Position numbers and translations under genes: made by a program. From a virus (Duplodnaviria > Caudoviricetes): a DNA stretch of 52,189 nucleotides. The DNA lies in IMG/VR virus record IMGVR_UViG_3300040960_002552, positions 1-52,189 of that record; one strand, 5' to 3'. The notes under the pieces were generated by a model. That model was not told the DNA's origin. It did not search any database and saw nothing but the letters and a program-made list of their open reading frames with translations. Below are positions 34,283 through 46,700 of the stretch, in pieces. The first letter of the stretch is position 1, and each line of letters begins with the position of its first letter.

Positions 34283-34603
34283 ATGACTGATAAAGAATAC
34301 AAAGAACTGACACGATCCCGAACCGCATACGAGTGGGGGGTCGAACTGGTGATAGACGATGAGTCTGAGGACATCGACGACACGTTCTACTTCGATGCAT
34401 TTGCCGAAGCAAAGCAAGAGGCTGAGAAACCCCGCGAGGGATACCGGAACGTGGTCGTATTAATCAGAGAACAAGGATCAGAAAGCCTTGGAGTTACGGA
34501 TAGGCAATGGGCCTATCTTGAGGAAGACGGAACTCTACCCGAAGAGTTCGACGGAGGTAGTCGTATCCCGAAAAGATTTCATCAAGAGGTCGCCAAGGCG
34601 TGA
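34283..34603 (+). CDS. Early acidic protein
   Basis: 106-aa ORF below the promoter. Confidence 0.7.
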   Translation: MTDKEYKELTRSRTAYEWGVELVIDDESEDIDDTFYFDAFAEAKQEAEKPREGYRNVVVLIREQGSESLGVTDRQWAYLEEDGTLPEEFDGGSRIPKRFHQEVAKA

Positions 34604-34633
34604 ACCCCAACCCGAACCCTGTAACCTGTAATT

Positions 34634-34990
34634 ATGAAACTAGTAAAGAAAACCGATAGTAAATTATTCTTTGAAACCGAATCGGGTTGCCGATTCACGC
34701 GCCCCATCTACGCATCTACCGGAATGGCAGTAGACCTCGACGGTTGGGTATCCACCCGACTCCTCCTGGAACCAGATGAGTTCGACAAGGAAGAGTTTCC
34801 AGAGGTGCAGTGGAGGCTTGAGATCACGCCGGATATCGACATGGAACACCCATTCTTTTCAAGCACACCCTGCTGGCTGAAACCAGGGTGCAAGCACCAA
34901 CTGATCTACCTCGGCACTGATGGTGAAGAACACCAAGCGAAGGTCACCCAGTGGTGGAACGGAACTCAAAAAGGAGAATCACCCGCATGA
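34634..34990 (+). CDS. Early hypothetical protein
   Basis: CCTGTAA start motif. Confidence 0.65.
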   Translation: MKLVKKTDSKLFFETESGCRFTRPIYASTGMAVDLDGWVSTRLLLEPDEFDKEEFPEVQWRLEITPDIDMEHPFFSSTPCWLKPGCKHQLIYLGTDGEEHQAKVTQWWNGTQKGESPA

Positions 34991-35505
34991 AATACGCGAT
35001 TCACGCTAAAGACAGACCTACTCTGGAAGAGGTGATGGGCGATGACATCCCCACATTCCCGCCTGAGCCAAAAGACCTCGACTTGGCGGAGGCAATCCGT
35101 CCAGGGCTTCGACCTTCACCGGAGGACGGGGATAACATATTCACAGACGGTGAGGTAACCTACTATTGTGTAGAGTTAGAGAGGGAGACTCCCCGCACCA
35201 TCGCTTCCAAGAGGTTCGTCACTGCGAAGGTCTGGTGCAGAACAACATGGAGATATATGTCCGGCGGCTACTGGGAACCTCCCGAAATCGAAGAGCAACC
35301 TCTGGACGAAGAGAGTGGGTGCTGGTCATCTCTCAGCGATGCTGCGAGAGCAACCGCGCACGATGTCCTAGACCGCGAGATCGACGCGCTAGACAACACC
35401 TGCTACGCATGTTTCGGGTGTGGTAAAGAATCACCCCTGGATGAATCCGGGGGCGACTGTAAAACGTGTGGTGGCAAAGGATATGTACCCGCCGCAAAGT
35501 GTTAA
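34987..35505 (+). CDS. Early protein with C-terminal CxxCxGxG zinc-finger repeats
   Basis: CYACFGCG...CKTCGGKG; ATGA overlap. Confidence 0.65.
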   Translation: MKYAIHAKDRPTLEEVMGDDIPTFPPEPKDLDLAEAIRPGLRPSPEDGDNIFTDGEVTYYCVELERETPRTIASKRFVTAKVWCRTTWRYMSGGYWEPPEIEEQPLDEESGCWSSLSDAARATAHDVLDREIDALDNTCYACFGCGKESPLDESGGDCKTCGGKGYVPAAKC

Positions 35506-35512
35506 TTTCAAT

Positions 35513-36034
35513 ATGAAAACCAAAATGAAAAATGAAATAGATAGCTTGCGCTATGAAATTTGGCGCAAGGAAAAGGAAGCGAGAGCGAAAGTGAAAACTC
35601 CTACGTTCGACGAACTGTTCGCACACACGCCGGAAGGTGACTTCCACTGGGAGGGTGACCCGGAAGACGTTGGCAATGTTTGGTGGGGCGACAAAGGTCC
35701 ACGTCAGGATTGCCAATATATCGACATGGGTCGTGAGAACGGTAAAACCTGGTTCGTCGTTTACTTGGAAACTATCGCAGGTTCTAATGACTATCAACTC
35801 GAGGCCGGATGGGATGAGCGTGAAGGAGATGAGATCACCGACGACGTGCTATCGGACCTCCGGTTTCACTTGGAATTCAGAACCATTCGTCACTTCGCTT
35901 CATGGGCGAAATATAACCTAGATTGTGCCATCTCCGGAGAAGACCCGCTGGAAAACTGGTTCGACAGTTCTAAAAACACGCCAGAAAACAATATCGCGGC
36001 GGCGAAGGATAACCTTAAATACCTAACAAAATAG
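35513..36034 (+). CDS. Early hypothetical protein
   Basis: ATG at 35513, after the previous stop. Confidence 0.65.
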   Translation: MKTKMKNEIDSLRYEIWRKEKEARAKVKTPTFDELFAHTPEGDFHWEGDPEDVGNVWWGDKGPRQDCQYIDMGRENGKTWFVVYLETIAGSNDYQLEAGWDEREGDEITDDVLSDLRFHLEFRTIRHFASWAKYNLDCAISGEDPLENWFDSSKNTPENNIAAAKDNLKYLTK

Positions 36035-36035
36035 C

Positions 36036-36212
36036 ATGAACAAACAACACCTACAGTGGGCGAAGTCCCACGACTGGGGACGCGAGGCGTTCCTCAACAA
36101 CGGGAATCTGTTTATCATAAACAGTGAACCAGCAGGAGTCCACGGGGTATCTCGCGGGGCTTGGATCGAGTTCTCCACATTCCAAAACCTGAGAGCGTGG
36201 GCGGGATATTAA
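36036..36212 (+). CDS. Small protein (58 aa, not in ORF track)
   Basis: MNKQHLQWAKSHDWG...LRAWAGY. Confidence 0.65.
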   Translation: MNKQHLQWAKSHDWGREAFLNNGNLFIINSEPAGVHGVSRGAWIEFSTFQNLRAWAGY

Positions 36213-36262
36213 AATGGATCAGTAATTTATAAAGAGAAGTAACCTGTAACCTGTAAGAAATT

Positions 36263-36448
36263 ATGTGCGAAGCATTAGAAAAAAGATACAAGGCCGACTT
36301 GAAACGGCTGAAGGCAATTTTTGCCGACTCAAGAGCGGAAGTAAAGTCAGTGGAAGTAGAGATATTCCGGCTAGGATTTGTCTACGGATACACCGCCATG
36401 CATGACCTCACCGTGTCCGAAGCAACCCTGAAACAACACCAAAAATGA
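36263..36448 (+). CDS. Early hypothetical protein
   Basis: CCTGTAA start motif. Confidence 0.6.
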   Translation: MCEALEKRYKADLKRLKAIFADSRAEVKSVEVEIFRLGFVYGYTAMHDLTVSEATLKQHQK

Positions 36449-36759
36449 GAACACCAAAACCATTACCCTTACCTCAGATAATCGCTCGCTATCAGAGAGG
36501 CGAGCGATTACAAGACATGACTGAAGATTACAACTGCTGCTATGCGACACTCAGGAGTAGACTCCTAAAAGCGGGGGCCATGCGAAAACCTGGACGGAAG
36601 CGGGGCCAAAAAAGCGGACCCAGAGATCCCGAAAGGTTATCTAAAATCCGCCAACTCAGGCGAAAGAAAATGACCTACCAGCAGATCGCAGATATAGTTG
36701 GCATGTCTAGACAGGGGGTGCAGCAGTATGTGAACAATCATTTAGGCACGAAGAAATGA
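36445..36759 (+). CDS. HTH DNA-binding protein
   Basis: Two HTH-like segments; MTYQQIADIVGMSRQGVQQ. Confidence 0.8.
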   Translation: MRTPKPLPLPQIIARYQRGERLQDMTEDYNCCYATLRSRLLKAGAMRKPGRKRGQKSGPRDPERLSKIRQLRRKKMTYQQIADIVGMSRQGVQQYVNNHLGTKK

Positions 36760-37220
36760 AAACCCTAATCATTATCATTATCATTCTTTCTGGCCTAGCG
36801 ACATACATCGCGAGTGGACAAGAGAAACGGGAGTTCCGTCCCCTGATTCCTGGTAAGTTTACCTCCAGCGAAATCGTTACCACCGCGAAGAAATGGACGG
36901 GTCGTCATTACCGTTACGGACACTCCCGCCAGTGCGCGAACTTCGTGGGTCATGTCATTAAAGACTCTGGGGGGATTCCCCCCTACGGTCACTCAATGGC
37001 TCGGAACTGGTTGAAGTGGGGACACCCCATTCTGCCAGCAGTAATCCGTCCAGGGGATGTTGTAATCACTTGGCGCGGGAGTCGATCAGGAACTTCTGGG
37101 CATATCCTGATCTACATCGGTGATGGGCAATGCATTCACCGCCCGACTCGGAGCAAGGCGGTATGCAAAACTCCACTCTCGCTCTATAAATCTAAAATCT
37201 TAGGAGTGAGGAGGAAGTGA
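36756..37220 (+). CDS. NlpC/P60-like peptidoglycan hydrolase with N-terminal signal or anchor
   Basis: QCANFV, ARNW, PGDVV, GHILIYIGDG..IH; MKTLIIIIIILSG. Confidence 0.8.
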   Translation: MKTLIIIIIILSGLATYIASGQEKREFRPLIPGKFTSSEIVTTAKKWTGRHYRYGHSRQCANFVGHVIKDSGGIPPYGHSMARNWLKWGHPILPAVIRPGDVVITWRGSRSGTSGHILIYIGDGQCIHRPTRSKAVCKTPLSLYKSKILGVRRK

Positions 37221-37286
37221 AATGTATCTGCTAATTAACCTGATAGTGCTGGTTGCAATCGTTAGGCTCATATACGAGTGTGGTAA

Positions 37287-37550
37287 ATGAATCAGAAAGA
37301 ATTTTTGGATCTCGGCGGAAACACCGTCGAGATCCTGGCTCGCCCAGAGAATGGGAACTGGGCGGCACTTGCGTTTGTTCACGGAACAAAGACCAGTGTT
37401 CGGGGTGCGATCATAGACCTACCCTCCTGCCGTGAATCGTTTACGCGATCCCTGGCGGCGGCGGTTACTGACCCTGCCAGTGATGTATACGCGGAGGTCT
37501 ACTCCTCGATTGAGAAGACCATTCTGAAGATGACGAACACCTCGGTTTAG
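37287..37550 (+). CDS. Hypothetical protein
   Basis: 87-aa ORF ending at a convergence point. Confidence 0.6.
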   Translation: MNQKEFLDLGGNTVEILARPENGNWAALAFVHGTKTSVRGAIIDLPSCRESFTRSLAAAVTDPASDVYAEVYSSIEKTILKMTNTSV

Positions 37551-37744
37551 TAACCGGACTTCTTGCGGATTAGCTTCTTCACCCGCTTCTCAGCCTTCGC
37601 TTTGCTGGAGTCTGTATTCGACTTACCAGGCTTTGAGTGTCCGTATCCTTTTTTCTTCATGGCTAAGTGCTGTGCGTAGGTATTAGCCTTATAGCCTTTA
37701 CCGGACTTATCATACATCATGTGGGGCTTGAACTTACTCTTCAT
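37547..37744 (-). CDS. Small basic protein
   Basis: MKSKFKPHMMYD...HLAMKKKGY.H; ATG at 37744 overlaps the end of the giant gene. Confidence 0.7.
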   Translation of the reverse strand: MKSKFKPHMMYDKSGKGYKANTYAQHLAMKKKGYGHSKPGKSNTDSSKAKAEKRVKKLIRKKSGY

Positions 37745-40700
37745 CTTTGTAATTGTAGGTTCCAGGAACATAGGTTCCATCTTCAAATCCTTTAGTGGTA
37801 TATTTTCTCCTTGCTTCCAGCATGAACCTATAGCGTCGATTCGCATCGCTCACATCATCGAACGTTCTCAGCTTCCCTTCGTCTCCATCTTTTCCAGAAG
37901 TAGGTAAAGGTAAAGAGAACGTCCTAGTCACCAACTGACTACGGGTGCTTCCTCTAAGGTAATTACGAATATCTGTCTTTTTCATCAGTCCGGTAGAACT
38001 GAGTGCAACCGCAATTTCCTCTGGAGACATTCCCATTTTGAAGAACTGCTTGGTTACATTGTCGGTCAAGTCATAGACTTGAATGAGTCCCTCGTAGTAA
38101 GCGTTAGCGGCCTCCCTTACCTCTTCGTCTGTTGGTTTTCGCTCTTGCCTACCTACCTTAATATACTGCGTCATCACATCAGATTTATGCGAGGAAGCAT
38201 TCCGCTTAAAGACGTTATACTTTTTAAGAATGGCGGAATGTCTTTCGGCTACGGATCTAGTGAAAGGCTTCGTTGGCCTAACCGCTCTATCGAAGAGTGC
38301 TTTCGCAGCCGCCTCCATCTTCTCGGACTCTGTTCCTTGAGCAGAGTCATAGGCTTGCTTGCCTTCAATGGTTCCTCGGACAAACGCAGGAGCAAGCCTT
38401 TTTAGCGAATAAAGTATTGGCTTTTCAATACGGTCGGAACCTCTATCAGTTTCCTCAACAATCTTTTCACCATAGGCATCCCGGTTGGTATGCACCGCCT
38501 CATGGTAAACTTCGGACAGGATTTGCTGATCCAATATCTCCCCAAACGCAATCGCCCCCAAGAACCCAGAAACCGCACCCATAGCACCTAGTCTATCTTG
38601 TCGAATCTGCTGGACGCCATAACTAAAGGGATCTCCAAAGAAAGACATTTCATCCATGAAGGTGAAGTTGTAGTCCGTTATTTCCCCTGTTTCACGGTTT
38701 AGGAATCTGACCATCTGGGCGCGTTTGTAGAAGCTGGGGTTGCCCTCGTCCAAGGCATCTTGTTCTTCCTGATCAAGCCCACCTATGAGTTTACTCAATA
38801 AGTAACTGGCGGGGCCGAAGGAGACACCATACATCGCAATTACTCCAGCGAGTCTCTTGACCCCCTCTGTTCTCATGACGGGGTTACTTGACTTCAAAAG
38901 CTCAAGGACTTCTGTGTGGTAGTTCACAAATGTCCTTCCTGTCTCAAACTTGAATCTAGCGAAGGGTGCTACGACAACCCGCAAAGGAGACTCCGCTAGA
39001 GTTTTACCGGCTTGAACAAGGTAGTCCTCACCTGGGGTGATCTTATTCATCATCCTAGCTGCCTCCTTTTCGATGTCGTAGTCTGACATCTCCGAAATCG
39101 GAACCCCTCGGAACGACCCCTCTCCCTTCTTGGCCCTAGCCTTTTTCAAAAGATCTACGTTATTGTAGAACAGTGCGATTCGGAAAGCATTGTCGGATGC
39201 GTTCGTAAGTTTTAATGAGTAGTCTAGTATCTTCTTAGAGAGTTTCCTAAATGCCCTTGAAGCAGGGTTTAGAGACTCCAGTTTGTCCATGTCTGCGATG
39301 AAACTAGGGTCGGGCTTTCTCAGCCCGAAGAGGTCTTTATAAGTAGCCGCCCTCACACTCTGATTGACAACGCTGAGTCCTTCTAGTTTGGCGTGTTCCG
39401 TCATGAGCGACTCCAGAGAAACCCGCTCACCTCTGGCTAAACGGTTAATCCAATCAGGAACGTATCGGTATTTCTCGCTCACCCCAGGCAACGAGACTGC
39501 CGCTTCCGCGATAGCACGAACCATGAGTTTGGTCGTGAAAACAGGCTTCAAGAAAGCTCCCGCTCTAACTGCTCTGAACACAGTAGAGAGAGAGTTTCTG
39601 AAGTGGAAGGCTAGTCCTGAGAACGTGGTTACTCCCATCAGGGTCAATCCATTAAGGAACCCAATGGCGGACACTGCTCTAGCAAAACCCTTAGCAGTTT
39701 CGTCTGCCCGACTCATATCAATCGGGGTTTTAGTTTTCTCAAGTGCGGCCTTGATGTCCTTCCTGACATACTTCTCTTTTAATGGATTAGAGGCAGGGAC
39801 GTTGCCCTCCAACATATCGAATTTTTTTCGGTCTAGTGCGTTTAAGTTACGATACTCATCATCCGACAAGATGAATGGATTATACTCCTCGCCAGCAGCC
39901 TCGGCATCTTTTCGCAAACGATTGTCCAGGTCTACGAGATTCTTGAGCTTCATGATGCTTGCCAGCATATGAGTCTGAGTCTGAATAGTCTGAAGCATTA
40001 CCCGGATTCCGCTGATAGCGTCCTCATCAGAATCATATTGACCAAGAAGACCCCTGATACCTGGAAGCAGGTCTTTCTTTTTCTTGAGTGCGTCATGGAT
40101 TACCTTGGCTCCGCTGGAAGCGTTCTCGTAATCCCTCGCATCTCCAAACGAGGCTAGGTATTTAATCATTGCATTTTTAGCCGCCGTGTCTTCGTCACCT
40201 AATTCTTGATCAACCTCTCGTTTGAACTCTTGGGATTGGCGAATTGCTTGAATCTGATCTTGGGTTACTAATTCCCCACTGATTTCAGCCGCTCTTAGTT
40301 TTGCTTTTAAGAGATTTTTCTCGACCTCACTCCGCGCAATAACTAAAAACTCTGGGATTGCGGTTTCAATTCGCCCTTCAAGTTCGGCAACCTTCTGCTC
40401 ATCCCCCTTCACTTCTTCTCCTTGAAGTAATAGAATGAGGTTTGACTTATAAGTGGGGTCATTAAAGAAGCGATAGCGTCGTGACAAGTAGAAACCTTTT
40501 GTTACATCGAAAGCTAGTTTGAGTTCTTTACTCAGTGCGTCCGCTCCATCTTTACCAAAGTAATCAGAGATATCCGTGATTATTTGCCGTAGTTCGACAA
40601 CCATCTGGGCGAGTTTAGTGTGTCCTCCGTCCTCAAGTTCTTTGAGTGCTTTGGCAACCTTTATCTTATGTTCCCTCGCGGCTTCTTGAAGTAGTTTGTC

Positions 40701-43700
40701 TGTCGCTTCCTTTCGCTTATTATTGGCTTCTTCGTGTAGTTTTTCCCGATACAAGTTCCCTGCGATTACTCCAATCTCTCGATCAGTTGCTGTTGGATTA
40801 TCTTCTCTAGCCTCTTGGATTAGAGCATCAGCTTCTTCTGGAGTCATCTGACGATACGAATTAGGATCATCGCTATTAATCAGTTCAATGTCAGCTTCAT
40901 GCTGATCATCTACGTCCATTTTCGCTTTACGATCAATCACAATGTCTTCCGTTCCAATAGCTGTGTTGAAGGCTTCCCTAATGTCTGCTGGCAAATCACC
41001 TTTGTATTTTTTACTTTTGAGGATACCCATCATCTCAGTGTGGAGACGATTGAGAAGACTACCTACGACGGGAACAAACCTCTCGTTGCCGATAATCATG
41101 TTCCTGAACCGCTCATCTTTAAAGTTGCCATCTATCATACCTTTGCGGAACTCAGACCAAAAACTGCCATCATCGCCCACGATGTCTCTCTGGCTAGGCA
41201 GGTCAACCCCAGTGAGCTTTGAAATCATTCTACGGAACAGCCCGAACTCTTTACTGGTGTGAACCAACGGGATTTCAAGCGTTTGAAGTAGGGGTCGTAT
41301 ATCAAATTCCGCCGTTGCCCTTACATCGTCGCCCCCATCGACATCATCCAAGAACCTGGGTGAATAAAGAATCGAATCCTGATCCCTGTCAAACCGTTCA
41401 TCAATCGGGACTCCGGTAAAGGGGTCGGCGGATTTGATTTGCTCAGGCGACCTTATGACAAGGTGTTCCTCGTTGTGAAACGAGAACGCTTCCTCCAAGT
41501 CGGCATAGCCTGTTATGATCGAGTTCGGGTCGCTCTCGCGGTATAGATCCGCGCCCCCTCCAACGTCCACCATTCGACCTTGGATCTCCATTCTCATTGG
41601 TGGCCCCTTTTTCACAAAGTAACCGTTCGCTAGAGCTATAGGCTCCCCTTGGTCAAAAGCCTCCTGCTGCTCCTGCGTAGGAGTCCCAGCAGGTTCGGTA
41701 AACACAACCGTATCGAACCCAGAAGGGAAGCGATCCGTCTCCTCGCCGCGAGCTACTATTTGTTGTGCCGTAACTCGATCAACGGTTCGCCCTTTCTTGA
41801 CGAAAAGGTTTAGAACCTTGTTGCGGCTCGACTGATATTTATAGGACGAGAATGAGTCGGCCTCATTCGATACGTGAAAACCGCGAATGTTGGTGTCTGG
41901 ATCAAACTCAGGTATCTCGCCTCGGTCGAATGCGTCGAAGGTTGCTCCAGTTGCGTGTCTAGTGCGGGTTTCAAACCCCGCAGCCTTTGCCGCTTCCGCT
42001 ACGATCCGCTCTGCCTCGGCAGTCTCTTCCGGCGTGATGGTTCCTGCATCATGTTTCGCTTCAAGTTCTTTATGGCGAGCGATCTTCTGTGGCGAGATCA
42101 CCCCTGGAGGAATCATGAATCGTTGTGCAGGAGTCAGGATGTCACCATCTTTGTCACGGACAACTAGCTCAGGGTTCTCTACCCCATACCGGGCGGCGAC
42201 TCGTTCCAGGGCTTCTTCAGCCATCTCATAGTCGTTCCGGTCCACGGAGTCCATGTAGATGGCATCGTCACGGGCATCCTCATCAGAGATACGGGGTGCG
42301 CGTAAAATAGAATCTTCACGCTCATCGAACCGCTGGTTTAGCGGACTATAGATAGTAGATAACGCTTCATATCCTTCAAGATTATCCGACAGCGTGTTTT
42401 TTCTGGGATTCGACCCCCACTGCTCTACTTCATATACTTCCCCGCCCCCTACATAAACAGAATAATGTCGGTCTATATTATTTTTGTCCCCTCCAAATCC
42501 AAGAATGTCCCCGACTTCTATTTCTTGTAAGGCTTCGTCTACAGAAAATATTTCCACCTCGGTTTTTGAGAACTGTTTTTTGAAACCCTTGTCCCCAACT
42601 ATTAAATTACAAAAACTCTCACAATTCAAATACGGAGACTCTTCATTAATTTGCTCTACCTTTTTTAAGACCTCTTCTGGTGTAATAGCTGGTGCGCCTA
42701 ATACGCCAACTTGTGATTTTTCATCAGTATAAGTTTTTGTAGCTGTTATTATTGAGCCTTTTAAAGAAACATTACCTTTGCCAAATACTGCCTCTACAAA
42801 AGGTAGATACTCGCGTGTGGTTTGGAATCTTTGCCAACCTTTAGATGTTTGCCTTGCTCCCCTCTCTCTGTCTGCTTTAGATCCTTGATACACTGAAAAG
42901 TGAGCTTCCCCTCCAATTTTCACTGCGTTCTTTGCCTGTCTGATTACGTCTATAATGTTTTCATCTTCTTTTATGACATTCAATACATTATGAGACATAG
43001 CCATATCCGCCTGACCATCTTTTACAGCATCGACTACTCTAGCATTGTGTTCTGGTGTCCTATTGAACGGATCATACACTTCTACAAGTGCGCCTTGCTC
43101 GGCGGCATCTTTTACTAGGTTATCAAAGCGGCCTCCTCCAATATCTACGATAAGTTCGCCGCTTTTTATTTTACCTTGTTTTTTTAGTGTGTTATACCCA
43201 GCAGGTCTTTTCTTCTCATTTATAGATGTGTCGGCTGAATCATAAAGCTGTTCTGGATATGCCCATATATTTTCAGAATCCTGCTCTGACGCAAAAGCGG
43301 GTGCGCGTAAAATAGAATCTTCACGCTCATCGAACCGCTGGCTCAGTGGAATCACGTTGCCGTCTGCGTCACGGGTGACGGGGGCGTCCAGTGTTGTGGG
43401 TGTTTGGGTTTCTTCCGCTTCAGTGTAATTAGGTTGGTCTTTATGGTTGACCCTGATTCTATCGGTCTGTTCTTCAGACAAAACGTAAGCCTCAATATCC
43501 GCTCCATCCAGCATGGCTTTCGTTAGCCTGTGGTTTCCGTCCAAAACAAAATAACTTGTTCCTGTGTCCCCTATGATGATAGGTTTTGAAATGTCCGCTT
43601 TACTTACTACTTCTCTATCAACCGCGAGCGGATTTTGAAAAGATTTCAGGTCTTTGTGGGGAATAGTTTCTTTCTCCACCGCCTCTTGACTTATGATCTT

Positions 43701-46700
43701 AAAAGCACTTTGCTGACCTGCGTATTCAGCTTGGATCACATAGTCATTTCCTTTGTATGGAAACAGTTCTCCACCTTTTCTGTTTTCCAGCAGGGTGTTC
43801 TTTACTTTTAACAGGTAATCATCCACCATACGCTGCGCCGTCTCCATGTCGCCGGATTCGACTGCGGCCAGGTAATCAGCGTCTTGTTCTGGTGTAATAG
43901 CTGGTGCGCCTACTGCGTCAGGCTCCTGTGGGGGGAACATTTGACTGAGTGCTTCGATGTCGGCAGCAGCCCCTTGGGGAGAATCGTCAAATGTGTAACC
44001 ATATGGAAGCGGGGTCTTGAAGTCCATCCGCAACATATTGATCTCATCTGTGATCCTAGCAACTGCCGCCCTCTCTGGGCCAGACAAGAAGCGTCCGTTC
44101 TTAGTCTTCTTGGTGATCCGGCGATACATACCCTTTAAGTATGCGATAACGAGATCTCTGATAGGCTTTCTCTTATCCCCTTTGAGAAGTAGATAAGAGT
44201 CCTCTGTCGTGAACCCTGCTTCCTTATCCTGGTATTGCTGGCGCAAGAACTCTTCAACCAAGTATTCTTTCTGTCGCTTAACAATCTGTGGGTTGTTACT
44301 TTTCAGATCGGATCTCGCCTTTGCTGCGCCTTTTTTGTCGAATTTGAAATAGGTGCTAATCACATACTCGTAGTCAGAGTCAGCCATCCCGTTAACAACA
44401 TCATCGAACAAGGACTGAGGGATAGAATTAAAGGACGCTATGTGCGCGAACTCTTCGACAACTACCCTCTGTAAAGAAGCGGAAACATATTTTTGATGAC
44501 TACTATTAGAGAAGTCTATGTCTCTATTGCCCCTAAACTGCTCAAACAAAGCAACGGGGTCGATTGTTACTTCTCCAGTTCTCCTGTTAGCAGCAGCCGC
44601 AAATCGACTCTTACCTATGACCAGAGTGACCGTAGAAGGGAGTTGTTCCAGTGCCTTCTCTAAGACACTCATGAATATCTTAAACGCCTCTACGTCCTCT
44701 CCTTTGAACTGCTTGGCAGTCTCTTCAATAGATGCTTTACTGAAGACTCGTTTAGTGCGACCTGCACCCAGCCTCTGTTCAGTATTCAAGACGGGGGACT
44801 CGGATGCAGGGGGCAGGATTGGGCTTCCCACTTTGGAAGACACAACGCTTGATATGGCATTGGCCGTAACAGGAGGGGCAGTAACTTGAGCTTTGCCGGA
44901 TAGCTTCCGGAGGTAAGTAATAAACTCCCTGTCGGATTCTGGGTCCAAATTGTTTTGGGGGTTCGAGTCAAGCCAATCCAAGACCGCTGATACTTTCTCA
45001 GAATCAGTAAGGCTATCGAAGTCCTTGATCTTCAGCTTTTTAGTCGTCTTATTACTAGGAAGAACAACAGAGTCGCGACCCACCAGCTTACTAACCTGAG
45101 TGTCGCGAGATGCTTTTTTAAGTATCTTGCGAAGAGCGGAAGTAGTTTTGTTCTTCAGCTTAGACTCGAAAACAAAAGTTACCGGAGATCCATCTATGTT
45201 TGCTTGGAAGGAACTACCTTTACTAATTTTTGCTTTCTGGCTTTGGCGGATGCCCTTTCCTCCCCTGGCTTTCCTCAGAACTCTATCAGCTTCCTCTGCA
45301 TCTTTAACGAATACAACCCTACCACCCGCTTGATTTATTCTGTTAATCTCATCGCTCACCGCTTCGGCTTGCTGTTTAACCTTGGGGTCTGTTGGGGTTT
45401 TAGTGCTTTCGGGGAACGTCGTCTCATCTACCTGGGCGACAACTCGATCAACTTCTTGGTCTTCGGAGAGGGGTTCAACCCTCGGGTCAGGTGTGACATC
45501 GGGTGAACTCAGTTTACTTGGGTCCGCAGCGGCTTGTTGATCGGAGTCAAGAGCCTTATCAATCTCCTTGTTAAGCTCCGCTTCGGGGTCTGCTTCCACA
45601 GGCTCAAAAATAATTTCGATTGGCGCGTCCGCCTCCCCTTCTGCGGTGGGTGTCGCTTCTGGTGGAGGCTCCGCTTCCGTTGTGGGTTCCGTTCCAGGGA
45701 CAGGCTCTGCCTCCGTTGTAGGCTCTGCCTCCGTTGTAGGCTCTGCCTCCGTTGTGGGTTCTGCCTCTGGTGTAGGCTCTGCTTCTGGTGTAGGTTCCGT
45801 TCCAGGGACAGGCTCTGGGGTAGGTGTGGAGGTAGGTGTAGGGGTAGGTGGTGCGAGTCCCATGCGAGCCGCATCGTCCATAGTGAGTTTACCTTTGGCG
45901 ATCAACTCTTCTACTTCGGCGCGTGTTTTGCCGTCAAAGTCTCTGCCCCTAGCGGGAGAGGTCAGGACATTTGCTACCACCTCTGCCGTAAGTGGCGACC
46001 CGCTTTCCGCCAACCTATCTGAAATATCTTCGTAGAGAAGTTGAGACGCTTGCATTGCAGCCTCTCTGCTATCCTTTGAAGGTGCTACCAGCGACCCCAG
46101 ACCCGAACCCGCACTACTCAAACCAGAAACGCCACCACCAAGAACAGCCCCTATGATGAAATCACCCTTGCCTGTCTCGTATGCTTCCTTTAAAAGCTCC
46201 GAATCTACTTGCCCACTTGCTAGGTATTTACCGAACTCAAGGTATTTGTCGAATATCCTAAGAAGCGGAACATCTTCATTTAGTTCGTTATAATCCAAAT
46301 AAGACGTTAGAAAGTCCTCAAAGATTACAGAAGCCCCCGAAGGAAGTCCTTCTTCAATCCCCTCACTAGCGGCCCCAAGTAACAGTTTAGGGATTCCCCC
46401 TCTAGCTACCCCCAACTCTTTCTCCAGTTCCTTTATTGATGTCCCGACAAGTTCTGAAAATTTCTTATTATCAATTTTGCCAAAGTCTTTGCTTAAATGT
46501 TTTTTAAGTGCTTTGGGGGATATACCTTTAAGAATAGAGGACTCCACCACATCAAACCCCCCTTTAGCAAAACCCGCAGTTAAAGCCGCTTCAAAACCAG
46601 TTTTAAAAGCTGCTGCATCAGCAGCAAACTCTCTCTGTTGATCGAGGGTCATGTCTTGACCTTCGGGAGAGTTTTGAATTTGTAACAAGCTGGCTCCGTA

